From assembly GCF_009914755.1 (NCBI RefSeq), contig NC_060929.1: a DNA stretch of 64,000 nt; one strand, written 5' to 3'. Each line of letters opens with the position of its first letter. The stretch's first letter is position 1. Positions 24,564 to 40,157 of this stretch are shown here, in pieces. The stretch is from the human T2T-CHM13v2.0 reference genome, Homo sapiens. The position numbers were made by a program, and so were the translations under genes. The notes under the pieces are model-generated. The model saw nothing but the letters and a program-made list of their open reading frames with translations. It had not been told where the DNA came from and ran no database searches.

Positions 24564-27493
24564 CATATAAAGTAGGGCACACCTTTTGACTCAGCAATCT
24601 AACTTCTAAGAGGAACTTAATAAACAAATGAACAAGAGTACAAAGATTATGAGGGAATTTTTCACTGGGTTCTTAGAGAAAATTTAGAAACGAAGGCATA
24701 ATATCCATTAAGAGGAGGTCATAAAAACATGTATGGGGAGGACACATAGGTATGTATGTATGCACATGTGTGTATGCAAGTAAACATTTACATAGACATA
24801 CATCAAAATGTTAACATTGGTTATCTTTGGATAGTGAGATTACGGGCAATTTTAATTTTCTTCTTTATACATTTATAAAAATTGTATAATTAGATCAACA
24901 AAATTAACCATCTGAAAATGTTCTGTTTTTATAAGTAAAAAAACGAAAAACAAAAAATCCCAAACGAAAAAGCCATGATAAACACAGAAACACACCTCAT
25001 CGACTCAGTGAAGACTAAAGCCCAGGTTAAGAATCAAGAGTTCAGAAATGTCAACTTCAGCATTAGACATGGCTTTCTCAAGTTCAAGCAAGTTACTTCC
25101 CCTTAGTCAATATTTATTAAAAAAAAAAAAAAAAGCAAGATGTAAAAGTTGCTTCTTTTATTTCATTGCCTGTGAAGCTCAAGAGGGACAGGACTGGGCT
25201 TAGAAACAACACAAAAAGTGGCAAAAGCTATCATTTATATGAGATCCTTTCCTTGCAATTGTCTCATTAAAAATTTAAAACCATCCTGCTAGGTAGGCAT
25301 TAATGTTCTCAGGCTCAAAAGCTGAGAGTTGACAGAACTTTCCAAAACTCAAATAGTTGCTATGCTGGAGATATTGATTCAGAAGTCTCTCTGACCTCAG
25401 AGCCTTCGGGAAAAGCTACAGAGAAAAGGGCACTTTTAGACTTTATAACCTTGCAAGTCTCTCAATGCCTCTGATCTTTTACATGGTTATCATACCACTC
25501 TTATCTAACTTGCAAAAAAGATAAAACGAGAATAAGCTTGGAGCTTTTAGAGAGCTGGAATAAATATCTGGAGAAGCACGATTTAAATTGGGTACTGCTC
25601 TCTGGAACTTGCCCCTCATTTCGATTCAACTCAAAGGCTCAAGATCAAAATGCTTGCTTGAGTGGTCACAAGTGAGGGAAACAGTGAGAGACTACGCCCA
25701 TGTACGTATGTGAAAGACCACAAAAGACTGAGATAAGCATGGCATCTGACCACTGAAGAAGGAAGCTGGACCAGAATGAGGGAAAATGGACAACACTTGG
25801 GAGGAAAGGAAGCAAGTGGGAAGGACAAAGTTAAACAGGTAGTGAGAGAAGAGGCTATAGGAATGAGGAGGAACTAGGAGGAAAGAAGTATTTTTTCCCT
25901 TCCACCTTTTTTCTCTCTCTACTCTTTTCCTTCATGATCTCAGTCACTATTAGGCCTTCAATACTCCTTTCTGTTTGCATGATTGCCAAATATCTCCATT
26001 CTTGCCTTTTCTCCAACTACTGAGCTGGCCACATCCATCTACATTTCCTATTAACACTGTAAATCCAACAGGTCCAACCTGAATTCAGCATCTCCTTCAT
26101 CTCAAGCCTGCTGCTACTTTTATATGCACTTCTCTTATACTTATCAAACATCCATCTAAACCATTCTCTCTCCCCATATTCTTTCAATCGTTCCTTCATC
26201 CAACAAATATTTATTGTGCATCTATTATGTCCGATACATTCAGCCACAGCCCTAGATATATCCATTCACTCATGAAGTCGGGTCATTTCTATCTTGGAAA
26301 TCTCTTCTCTCACTACCTCATGAGCTGCCTAACTCAACTAAATTTGTCTCTAAGACGTCCTGAGAAACCCTCTTGCTTGAAAAATAATATATATTAACTA
26401 GTTTTGCATGCTATTCATTCTATAGTGATCATCTAGCACTTGGCACTGTACCTCGGGCACAGAAGGGGTTCCCAATGGAGGTTTAGGGACTGTAAACCAG
26501 CTAGAAAGGGAACAGGGGCAGCAGAAGCTAGGAAACGTCTTGAACGAGTATTTGCATAGGAAGCATGGTAAACTGTATGATCTATACACATAACATCAGC
26601 TTGATAATCCTTGTGTTTCCGGGGGATGGCTCTGGGAGGCTGGGGAGATCGTTGGAAGCCTTCTGAGAGAAAGCTCCACCTCCCACCGCTTGAGTAGGTC
26701 CTCAACAACCACCTGATGATGTATCACCTTCTGAGGGGACCATGGATATTGTGTTCGCCGTTGTATCCCCGGCCCCTACAACATCTGGCCCATAGTAGGG
26801 ATTCAATAAACATCGATGCAGGATTCTCGAAAGGCAGATAATTCACCACCTCATGAACGACAAAGACGAAGGGGTTCTGAGGGAAACAGAAATAGCGCGC
26901 GAGGTTTCCTTCCCTATTCCTTCAGGGCTTGGTACAGGGTAAGTGCTGAGGAAATAAATCGCCCTCCTGTACAACTCCAAAATCGGGCCCCTCGCTCTGC
27001 AGTCAGGCCCTGGAGCGCGGCCACCATCTGGCCCAGGCCCGCGCTTCCCTCCCTCCCAGCCTGGGCTCCTGTTACCTCCCTGCACACATCTGTGTCCACC
27101 ACAGGCCGAAGAATTACGCGCTCCCGCTTTCCTGCATCGGCCCGGCCAGTACACCCGAGCCCCCACGTCCCGCCGAGGCTCCGAGGACGCCCGCGGCCCC
27201 GGCCTGAGACCCCAGCCCCTGCAGCAGGCGCGCCAGGAGCTCGTCCATGTGCTCGGCCGCTTTCCAGCCGCAGTCCTCTCGGGCTTCAGCGCTGAGCCTG
27301 GGAGGCCCGGCCTCCCCGGTCCCTGCCCTGGCCCCTGCCCCGGCCCGCCGCGCTCCCCGGGGCCCGAGAGGCCCGGAAGGAGGCAAGGCGGGAAGTGGCT
27401 GCAGCTGTGAGGCGCCAGGGGCGGGAAGCGGGCGGCGGGCCCAGCCGAGGGTCGCGAAGACGCGCGCCCCCAAACGAGGCGACGCTCACTCAC

Positions 27494-27622
27494 CACGGTC
27501 CGGCGGGGCAGCGCGCCGGAGGTTCGCGACAGGGCCCGGCGCGGCCTCCGCGACCGGCCCGGGCGGGCGCCCCCGGAGCTCTCAGAGCCGCTGTCGTCCG
27601 AGATCACGATGTAATCCTCCAT
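27494..27622 (-). CDS. SIMC1: SIMC1-type coding exon 1, 43 aa (probably the duplicated copy SIMC1P1/LOC202181)
   Basis: Kozak gcagccATGG; [43 protein letters not shown]; phase-0 donor GTG|gtgagt. Matches the recalled SIMC1 N-terminus (MEDFIVISDD...). Confidence 0.9.
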
Positions 27623-27749
27623 GGCTGCGGGCCCCGACCGAAGACCCAGGCAGTGGCGGCGGCGGCGACGACTTCGGTTCCTGCTTCTGAGGTGGCGGCG
27701 GCGGGGGCGGCGGCAGCGGCGGCGGCTACAACCCGGGCCACCGCCACGC

Positions 27750-27795
27750 CGGCCCCGCCCCGAGCCCCGCCCCGCCGGGCCGCCAAGCCCCGCCC
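27750..27795. promoter_or_regulatory. Cluster of GC boxes (Sp/KLF sites)
   Basis: Three ccccgccc motifs just upstream of the 5' UTR. Confidence 0.65.
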
Positions 27796-28325
27796 ACCGG
27801 CGGCGGGCGGCTGGGGTCAGGGCCGGGGTCGCTGTGCTTCGTGGCGGCGCGGGTCCTCCGTTTCCCAGGAGGAAAAAAAAAAAGAAAAATGGAGTCGCAG
27901 CCGGCTTCGGCAGGTGTTGGGGCCAGGCGTGCGAGACGCCGAGGCCGCGGGGACTTCCCCACCTGCTTCCAACCGACGAAAGCGTGAAGTGAGGCGCGCC
28001 CAGTCCCACCCTGCCCAGGTGTGAAGCGCCTCCCGGACTGAGAGGGCCTTGACTGAGGGGCAGGGAGAGAGGTCCTGGCCCCTGAGTGACCGAGGGTAGG
28101 TGACCTGGCTTCTGGCCGAGCTAAGGGAGAGAGAGAGACCCCACTTTTTGGTGCACACGCCCATGTGTATCTGTAGGATAAATGCCTAAAAGCGGACTTA
28201 TTGGGGCAAAGGCCATGTTTTTGTAGTTTTGATAAATGATGCCAAATTACCCTCCTAAATTGTACCAGTTTTGCGATTTCACCAACAATATGTGTCTCTC
28301 AGGAGTTTAAACTGAGATTTAGAGC

Positions 28326-28450
28326 AGGGGTGTCCAATCTTTTGGCTTCCCCAGGAAGAAGAATTGTGTTGGGCCATACATAAAATACACTAATGATAGC
28401 TGATGACCTAAAGGAAAAGAGTTGCGAAAAAAAAAATCTCTTAATGTTAA
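28326..28450 (+). mobile_element. MER30 fragment
   Basis: caggggtgtccaatcttttggcttccc...gggccatacataaaatacactaatgatagctgatga. Confidence 0.8.
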
Positions 28451-28777
28451 ACAGGGAGTTAAACAAGTTTGACGTAGACAGTTGTTCAGTTGGTATCAGG
28501 ATCAGAAGCTGAAAAGGTGCACAAAAGAAGCCATGAAGTAGCAGAGGCCATGAATAATTAGATGTTGTGAATAAGCAGAAGTTATAAAGGTGAAAAAGGT
28601 TGTCCCCAGTAGAGGAATCGGTGGGTAGTTGGCTGGTTGGTTGGTTGTAGGGCAGGACCATTAAAATCAAGATAGGACCTATTGGTACACTAAATGTGGG
28701 GTATTGACAAAATCCTGCTGCTCAGGCTCCAGAAGTTTTGCAAAATATGTTAACAGATCCAAAGAATAATGTGTTTA

Positions 28778-29746
<969 letters not shown>

Positions 29747-29864
29747 GTCTGGTGGACGGGGAGTTTATGCCCAGCAGATTTCAGACATTCTGGTCCAATG
29801 GGTGAAGTCACCCTTGTGAAAGGATTCATTAAGTTGTCTTCATCTAAAGCTATTAAACATTTAG

Positions 29865-30165
29865 GGTTGTGATCTCTCACACCTGTAATCCCAGCACTTT
29901 GGGAGGCCGAGTTGGGAGAATAGCTTGAGGCCAGGAGTTTGAGACTAGCCTGGGCAATATAGCAAGACCCTGTCTCTACAAAAATAAAAACAAATTAGCC
30001 AGGTGTGGTAGTGCATGCCTGTGGTCCTAGCTACTCAGGCAGCTGAGGTAGGAGGATCCCTTGAGCCCAGGAGTTGGAGGCTGCAGTGAGCTATGATACT
30101 GCCCCTGCACTCCAGTTGGGGCAATAGGGTGCGACCCTGTCTCAATAAAACAAAATGAAACAAAA
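29865..30165 (+). mobile_element. AluJ-like
   Basis: ttgagcccaggagttggaggctgcagtgagctatgat. Confidence 0.9.
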
Positions 30166-31304
30166 TACACAACCATTTGGTGTGTCTGACTACCTGCTTG
30201 CTGGAACACTGTCTTCTGTAGGTTTCTGTGATGCTGTGCTTCTCTCACCACTTTTTTTTTAGTCTCCTTAGCTGACTCCTCTACTCACTCCTTAAACTCT
30301 TGATGTCCCTTAGAGTCCTGACATCGGCCACCTTTACACACGGGACCTCTTCCCTCTACAATCTCAACTATTCCCTGGCTTCAGTGATTGGTTTTATGCC
30401 AATGGCTGCCACGAGTTTATCTCAGCCCAGTCCTGTCCTTAAAACTCCAGTTGTATACATCCAAACATGTGCTGAATCTCGTAGGCCTCTCAGGTTGAGT
30501 ATGTCTAAAGCCAAACTCACCTTTATGCTCCCCACACCCACAAAAAAGCCTGCTCTCTTTATGTGTCTTATGGTGATGGCTCCACCAGCCAGCAATTGCT
30601 GAAGTGAAAAACCTGAGTATTGCACTTGGTGTCTCCCCTTTCCTCAACAAGTCCTGTCTGTTTTACCTCCTAAACATCTCCTGCATCCCTCTACTTCTTT
30701 TGGCCTCTGCTGCTGATTCTGGCCAAGCTCTGGCCTACTCTACTGTGGCAAGACATAAGAGTGTTCAGATTGTATCTTTCTCATCAGCCATCCTGCCTGA
30801 AATACAGGAAACTCAGGACCCCTGGTCGTATAATATGAGAACAGCTTAAAAGTACCCTGCCCTTACTTGGCAACCCAGGTGGGATGAATACTGGCTGTGA
30901 AGTTGCCCTCCTTAAAACTATAAGTAATGTCACTTATGTTTCCTTGGCCATCCTGGATTTGTCTTGAAGTGTGCCGTTTACCCAAGACTTCCAAAGTGAT
31001 TGTATGTTTTTCAGAAATTTGTGTATTTTTTTTAAGGTGACACTTTTTCATAGACTCACTCCCCCCAAACCATACATTAGTCTCATGTAAATTGAGAGGC
31101 TAATGTAGTATTTTATGCATCCAGTGAATACTGTATTTGGTGAGTACCTGCTAGATGCTAGGCTTATGTTAGGGGTCGGGGATAAAGCAGTGAGCAGGAC
31201 AGCTATTACCTCTGTTCTCAAAGAGCTTAGCAGTTAAGGAGGTATCACTAGTTGGTTAATGAAGAAAAAATGGTTTCTTTTAAAATAATTTTTAATGAAA
31301 AATT

Positions 31305-32070
31305 CATACATGAGAAAATGTGTGAAGATGCAAATCAAAACCACATTGAGATCCTACTTTATACCCATTTAGGATGGCTATTTTTTTAAAAAACAGAAAA
31401 CAAATTTGGGAAGGATATGGAGAAACTGGAACCACTGTGCGTTGCTGGTAGGAATGTAAAATGGAGAAGCAGCTGTGAAAAATAGTTTGGCAGTTTCTCA
31501 AAAAGTTAGATGTAGAATTACCGTATGATTCAACAATTCTACTCCTAGATATTTGCCCAGAAAAACTGAAAACGGGACTCAAACAGGTACTCGTCTGCAA
31601 ATCTTCACAGCAGCATTATTTCTAATAGCCAAAAGGTAGAAACAGGTCTTCCTCAGCAGATGAATGGATTAAAAAAAAGTGGTATATACATATAATAGAA
31701 TAATATATTCAGCCATGAAAAGGAATTAAATTCTGATAACATGTCACATGGATGAACCTTGAGAATATTATGCTAAGTGAAATAAGCCAGATACAAAAGG
31801 ACAAATATACAATTCCATGTTTATGAAGTACCTAGAATAGGCAAATTCACAGAGACAGATAATGGAATAATGGTTTTTCAGGGGTTGGGGAAGGGGAGAA
31901 TGGGGAGTTATTGTTTAATGTGTATTGAGTTTCAGCTTGGGATGACAAAGAGTTCTGGAAATGGATGGTGGTGATGGTTGCACAACTTTGTGAATGAACT
32001 AATGCCGCCAAATTGTATATTTAAAATGGTTATAATGGTAAATTTTGTGTTACGTCTATTTTACCAAAAT
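31305..32070 (+). mobile_element. L1MB-like 3' end
   Basis: atgcaaatcaaaaccac...gaaccttgagaatattatgctaagtgaaataagccag...gatggtggtgatggttgcacaac. Confidence 0.85.
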
Positions 32071-32279
32071 AGAACACACTATGTGCATGGTTTTCTTTTA
32101 TAAAATTTAAAAGCATTACAGACAAGGCTAAAGGCCCCTTTTGCCACCTCCCCCATCCAGATTCGCAATTCCCCCTTTTCAGTGCTGTTATGTTTATTCC
32201 TCTAGAGCTGCTTCTGTGTATTTACCTGAATTCATGTGTACTTACTAAAATTAAATACATTTTTAGCTTTATCGAATAA

Positions 32280-32604
<325 letters not shown>

Positions 32605-33643
32605 GCTATTGAGATTTGAAACCATCATTTGTGGTAAAAACATTCTAAATACAAAGCTTCCTGCCTTATTAATGGGGATTTTTTTTTTTTTGGTGGTTAT
32701 TCATCTTTAAAATATTTTTTCTTTTTTCTATTTTTCATTACATGGCAGGGTCAGTGCCTGCAGACCCGCTTTTGTTTATGCTAAAGCCAGCTAGCTCAAG
32801 TTTCTCCCTGCTCTAGGGAACATTCTGTCCCTTCTGTGGGATTCCAGGTCTAATCTTCCAGTTTCAGGGCACTCTTAGCTTTTCCACTGGATTGCTTCAG
32901 CAGGCGGCCTCTCAGTTTACATAACTTTATTTAAATCATTTTCTTATACTTTCTCCCTGCTTCCTTCCCATCTTCAAATTTGCTGTGATATCAAGGCCTT
33001 TGTAAAAATTTTGTTTCATTCCCTATGTTTGAAGAATCCTCATTTGAGAAAGTTAAAGCAATTGAGAAAGGTTACGAAGCAGAATGTGTAACTCCATCAT
33101 ATTTTGATAACATCTTTCCAGATATCTCTAAATGGTCGATACTCACATGTGCAAAATTTTTACATAAATGGGATCAGACTATGCATATTGCATCACAGTT
33201 GGTTTTCTTAAATTAATATGTCCTTATGGTTTTCTGTGTCAGTGAACATGGATCTATAGTATCCATATTGTCTATTGGCTCATATTTTAAAATAGCGTAT
33301 TTGCTTTTATATAGAAAACCACAAAGAAGCAAGCAAAAAAATATACCACGTTCTCCCATTCTTGGTATCCCTCATTGAACAGTTTGTAAAACTAAAAGAA
33401 ACATCTTGTGAGTTCAGTAAATTCTTGCTACCAAAACTTACAAAATGAAAAGTGAAAGTTGAAAGCCACCCTCTCTTTCCTAGTTCTTCCTCTTAACACT
33501 AAATACCTTTATTAGTTTCTTGTAAATCCTTCAAAACATACTTACTTACTACACATACTTATCTGTTCTAACACACCATAAAAATCACACTGTACAGTTA
33601 TTTACTTTGCCTTTTGTAATTTATCATGGGCATTATTTCCTAA

Positions 33644-34155
<512 letters not shown>

Positions 34156-34973
34156 GGGAAATTCTTAAGCATGGGGGACTGGGTTAGAAGATGTGTGTTT
34201 TACATATTGATAGAAATTCCCAAATTGTCATCCAGAAAGGTTGCACCAAATAACGTATCAACAAAAGCACTTGGGAGTGCTTATTTCCCCAAATTCTTCA
34301 AGCACTGGTTATCAGACTTTTTAGTTGTTGCCAATCCAATAATTTAAGGTTGGTATCTTGTCCTGATTGCCTTTACTTCATTATGAGTGAAGTTATGACA
34401 CTTTTAAAGTGCTCATTGGCTATTTGTAGCTTTTTCTTTAAACTGTGTTCATATACGTTGACTTTTTTCTCCTATGCTGTTCATCTTTTTCAGTAACAAG
34501 TGAAATCTATATGAATAGCTAACATTTACAAAGTATTACATTGCTTGCATATTCAACAAGACACCAAATAATGAACATTTAGGATGTTTACAGTATTATC
34601 TTGCTACTTTAAACATTCTTGCACATACATCTTTGTACTTTGGACCAGATATCTATCTGTTTAAGTTAAATTTCTAGAAGTGGAATTGCTGATTTAAAGT
34701 TGAATTATTTGTCCAAATGTTCCAAAGAGCATTGTGTGATAGGGGAATGGTCCAAGTGAAGAAGTAGGAAAGAAAGGAACTAAACAGTTACTCCCAATTG
34801 CAAGGCCAGTCAGCTCTAAATTAGAGTTTAGTTAGCAGGCTAATTGATGATATCATCCTACCTGCTTTCATCAATAAGCTTTGTAAAATCCTAACTCTCT
34901 TTCTCTATTTGAGTGCCCAGACCTCCTGGGAGTCTGCAAATTCTAGGGTTAAAAAAAAAAAAAGAAAAAGTAA

Positions 34974-35397
<424 letters not shown>

Positions 35398-37455
35398 AGG
35401 TGCATAATGTTTTAAGGCACTATGGTAGTTCATGAATTTTAACTAAGTGGAGGGAGGTAGTGGGAGAATTGAGCCAGTTTACTCATGGGGCATGTGGACT
35501 CCGGGGCAAGCAGAGCTCAAAAGAACCTGGGCAAAAGCAATCCTTTAAGTTAGAAGAATGTAGGAAATGATTTGAGGGAGGATGAGTTGAGCAAATCCTG
35601 TCTTTGTACAACTTGTTCATTAGCAGCAAGTGTAGTAGGAAACAATGACATTGTTTTACATTTCTGATTTGAGTAATAATTAGATTAGGACACCAATTCA
35701 AGCCAAATTGCATTAATGACCACAATGTCCACCTTAGTTTTACAGGAGTTATTGGGTAACTGCATAAAACCAGGCATTCCAGGATTGTTTGGAGGTGGTT
35801 TTGACCAAGTATGAGGTCTACCTTGAGGTAGCAAAGAACTGAAGTTATTAACACCATTTTGTACAGAATAATTATCTGAACATTTTCTGCATTCATGTTA
35901 TTGACAAAATCAATAGACAAAAGTTGGTGTGCTCTCATGTTTTGTTCTAATATGCATTTAATTAATAATGATATATAAAATGCTATTTTTTCTTTGTTCC
36001 AATGTTACTTTCTTGTGAAAAAAGACATCCAAGACAAAAATCTACTACTCACATTAAGTTGTCCTTTGTCCTAGTTACCATTACATATTCAGTTTTACAT
36101 ATTTTAACAATATTGTGGTTAGACTTTGGATTTATACATTTCACTTAGCATACTGTGAATATTTTCCAATTTTGCAAATCTGTTTGTTATCTCCCTTTAT
36201 GCTCTTCTTATACATTCTTTGTTGACCACCAGCATGACCACCATCACCAGGCAAATGTTGTTTGCCCAGGTATGTAAGCCTGTACATATTTCTCCATAAT
36301 CATGTAAGCCTCTCCAAAGATATACAGACACATGTACACCACATAGAAATATATAAAATATATGTTAGAGATTGTGAATTTGTCATTTGCTTTTACTAAA
36401 GTGAGATCATAAACTATATTTCTTAACCACTTTTTTTTTGCTTAATTCATCCGGACAGCCACCAGATCAATACACTACAGATCCTACTTGTTTTAAATAG
36501 TGACATAGTTATTCCTACTGTAGAGGTACATGTTTATTTACTTTTTCCCCATTGATGGTCATTCAAGCTGTTTTCATGTTTTTTGTCATTACAATGTCAC
36601 AGTAAGTCTCAGATTCGACCTTACATTGTTAGGACTAGGATCACTAGATCAAAGGGTATGTATATTTTTGGTTTTAGTGTATAAGGCCATGTTACTTACT
36701 TTAAAAGGTTGTAGGTCATATCACCCAGTATCAATGTGTGGACCTTATTTGGATCTCAGTTCAAACAAAATAGAAAAAGCATGACATTTACAAGACAGTT
36801 GGAAATTTGAACACAGGGTCAGGTGTGGTGGCTCATGCCTGTAATCCCAGGTCCTGGGGAGGCTGAGGTAGGAAGATCACTCGAGCCCAGGAGATCGAGG
36901 CTGCAGTGAGCTATGATCGTGCTACTGCGCTCCAGCCTGGGCAGGGAGCAAGACCCCGTCTCTTAAAAAAAAATTTGAACACTGCGTAGATGTTTCACTA
37001 AATTAAGGACTTTTTGGTTTTCTATTTTTAGATGTAATAATGGTCAAGAGACATTCTGAAATATTTATGGATAAAATAATTTGCTTCAGAAAGGTATCGG
37101 GGAGAGACAAGTGGATGGAAACAGGGATAAAATGAATGGCCTTGAATTGACAATTGTTGGAGCTGGTATAATGAGAGTCCATTATACCACTGTCTTCCTT
37201 TTAGATATGTTAGAAATTCTCCACAATAATAATTTTATAAAGCTGTAATAATTCACCCTATATTATCAATGTATGAGAAAAATGATTACCTTACATTTCC
37301 CTTGGTAATGGGTGTTACTACTTTTATTTTTGTCAATCTGATGTGTGCAAAGAGGTATTTGCTGCTGTAATTTGTATTTACCTTACTGCTAGTGAGATTG
37401 ATTATCTTGAGAAAGTGTAACACTTCCTTTTTGGCAGCTAGCAGTCAGGTTATGG

Positions 37456-37916
37456 TGTTCCCAAACAAACATAAAGAATACTTTCTAGAATATAAATGGG
37501 ATATAGACAAGGCTACTGCATGACCATGTCTGGAACAAAATAGAGAAAAGCCATTTTGCAACCATGGAAACAATAAAACATTCTCCATTTCTGACTGGAG
37601 TGACTGCTGCTCATTTACCAATGACGACTGTAGTCTTACCTTAGTCCTACTTCCTAGATAAGAATTAAGATAAGCCACTGCATTGCCCTAACTTATTAAC
37701 AACCCTCAACTCACAGCTAATCCTCACTTCTCCAGCTTTTCTTGAAATAATCTAGTACAAGCCCAAATCCTATGAGAAGCCCCTTTCAATTCCTTGTTGA
37801 GACCTCTACAGTTCCTTTGGAGTGCTTTCCCCGCTCCTGCAGCAAGGTAAATAAACCAAACTATTTTCTACTATAGAAATGTTCCTGATGGCCTTCAGTC
37901 AGTGGGCTTTAAAACA
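37456..37916 (+). mobile_element. Old ERV1-class solo LTR (subfamily uncertain)
   Basis: TG...CA-bounded segment of about 460 bp with cccaaatcctat TATA context and aataaa near its 3' end. Confidence 0.45.
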
Positions 37917-38034
37917 ATCTTTTTAAAGTTTGTCAATTTGGATTTCTTCTTCTTTGGAACATTTTCCCAATTCAGTGGGTAGTTTTGAAATTTTTCCTTT
38001 TGTCTGAGAGTCAGTTTCATTTTTACCTACCCTA

Positions 38035-38625
<591 letters not shown>

Positions 38626-40157
38626 CTGTTCTTTTCTAGGATCCATGTGTACTACCTAGAAGAAGTAAAAGATAAGGATTCCCATTCAGGTTAGATCACT
38701 CCAGGTTTGATGACGTTAGCAAGTATTTTCAGGGTTTTGTGAGTTCTCCAGTAAGGCTACTGGGGGTTGAGGCTGCAGTGTTGCTAAGTTGGACCTCCTT
38801 TTGCTCTAGACTCTCTTCTTAACTACCGATCTAGTTTGGCGATGCTGATAATGTGCGTGTTCAACGTGTGTGTGTGTGCGCTCACACGCGTGTGTGTGTG
38901 AGTGCATTTACCACTTATTGCTCATTTGGTAAGGTATTGAGGGAGAAAATTGCTAATACAATTTCATTTCATCATCTTATCAGAAGTCTGATATTTCTAT
39001 TTTATTTTGATTTATATATTTACAAGCGCTTATGTGAGATATATAAAAATTCAAGTTAATTGTTATTTTACTGGTATGAAATATCACCATTTGTCCCTTT
39101 TAGTGCCTTTCATCTTGAGTCGGTTACATAATATTATAACATACATAACAATTCTTTGATGTGCTGGGAAAATATTGATATTTAAGCCCACCTGTTTTTA
39201 TCCAGTATGTAACTCTTTCACCATTCAGATAACTAGACGGAGTCATCCTTTGCCTTAAAGAAGATTGTCACAGTGGAACCAGAATACAAAAAGATACATT
39301 CTTGGCTTGTGAATGTCAAAGCTGGGGCTCAGGTATAAGATATTCGGAGCCAGTTTCTTCCCCCTCAGAGTGAGTCATGTTGCTTGCTCTATTAGTTCTA
39401 TTTCCTTAGATGTGACTTCTCTCCTTCGTGGGGGGTGGTGTTTCTCATTTTTAGTGTTAGAGTTTTCCTCAAATATTTTGTCATTCTTGGTTGGGTGTTT
39501 GTCTTAATTTTTGAAGTTCCCTGTTAGCTCACATGTGAGTGCTGGATTTTTTCATAGCACCTTGTTGCCAGTAATTTCAGGAAAGAATTTGGACTTGCAA
39601 TGGGATAGGGTTTGTTAGCATCCAGTCTTCTGGGACAGGCATGTGTGTGTGTTGGGGGAAACCACATAGTTACCATGGGCACTGCAACGCCCTGCCTCTC
39701 TGGCTCAGATGCTCACACTCGCACTTACTGCTCTTAAGCTTCTGCTGCCAGTTGCTTTGCAAACGCTGGAGAAGGTTACTCTTAGGTGCCCAGGGCTCAC
39801 TCGTGTTTCCTCATATCTGCTGCTCCTGAGGTTGGAGATCCATCAAGTTGATCTTACCTTTTGTTGCGATTTTCTCCTCTGGATGTTTTAGATTATGATT
39901 TTCTCCTTCAATCTGACACCATTTGCTCTCCATTTTTCTGGGATTTCCTTCTAATTCCTGCAGACTAATGATTACCAACATATCAGGCCTCAACACTATT
40001 CTAATCAATTTTCTCTCCTTCACACACTTCCTGAGAGAGTCATCTACATTAGCAGGCTCCATTTTCTAGCCTCATATTCACTTCTCAACCCACCCCAATC
40101 TAGCTCCCACTCCTCATTAGTCAGCAGAGATAGTGCTCACTCAGGTCCCCTGACCTC

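Larger units (their letters stand above)
26955..28060. promoter_or_regulatory. CpG island / promoter of the SIMC1-type gene
   Basis: Very GC- and CpG-rich non-repeat sequence spanning exon 1. Confidence 0.92.

Noticed and set aside
26843-28009. 388-aa ORF in frame with exon 1, and other CpG-island ORFs
   Set aside because: GC-rich stop-poor sequence that starts at a non-ATG upstream of the GC boxes and runs through the splice donor. Only 27494-27622 is supported.
28010-28110. Plus-strand donor-like sites suggesting a divergent transcript from the CpG island
   Set aside because: Plausible, but the sites are weak and cannot be supported from sequence alone.
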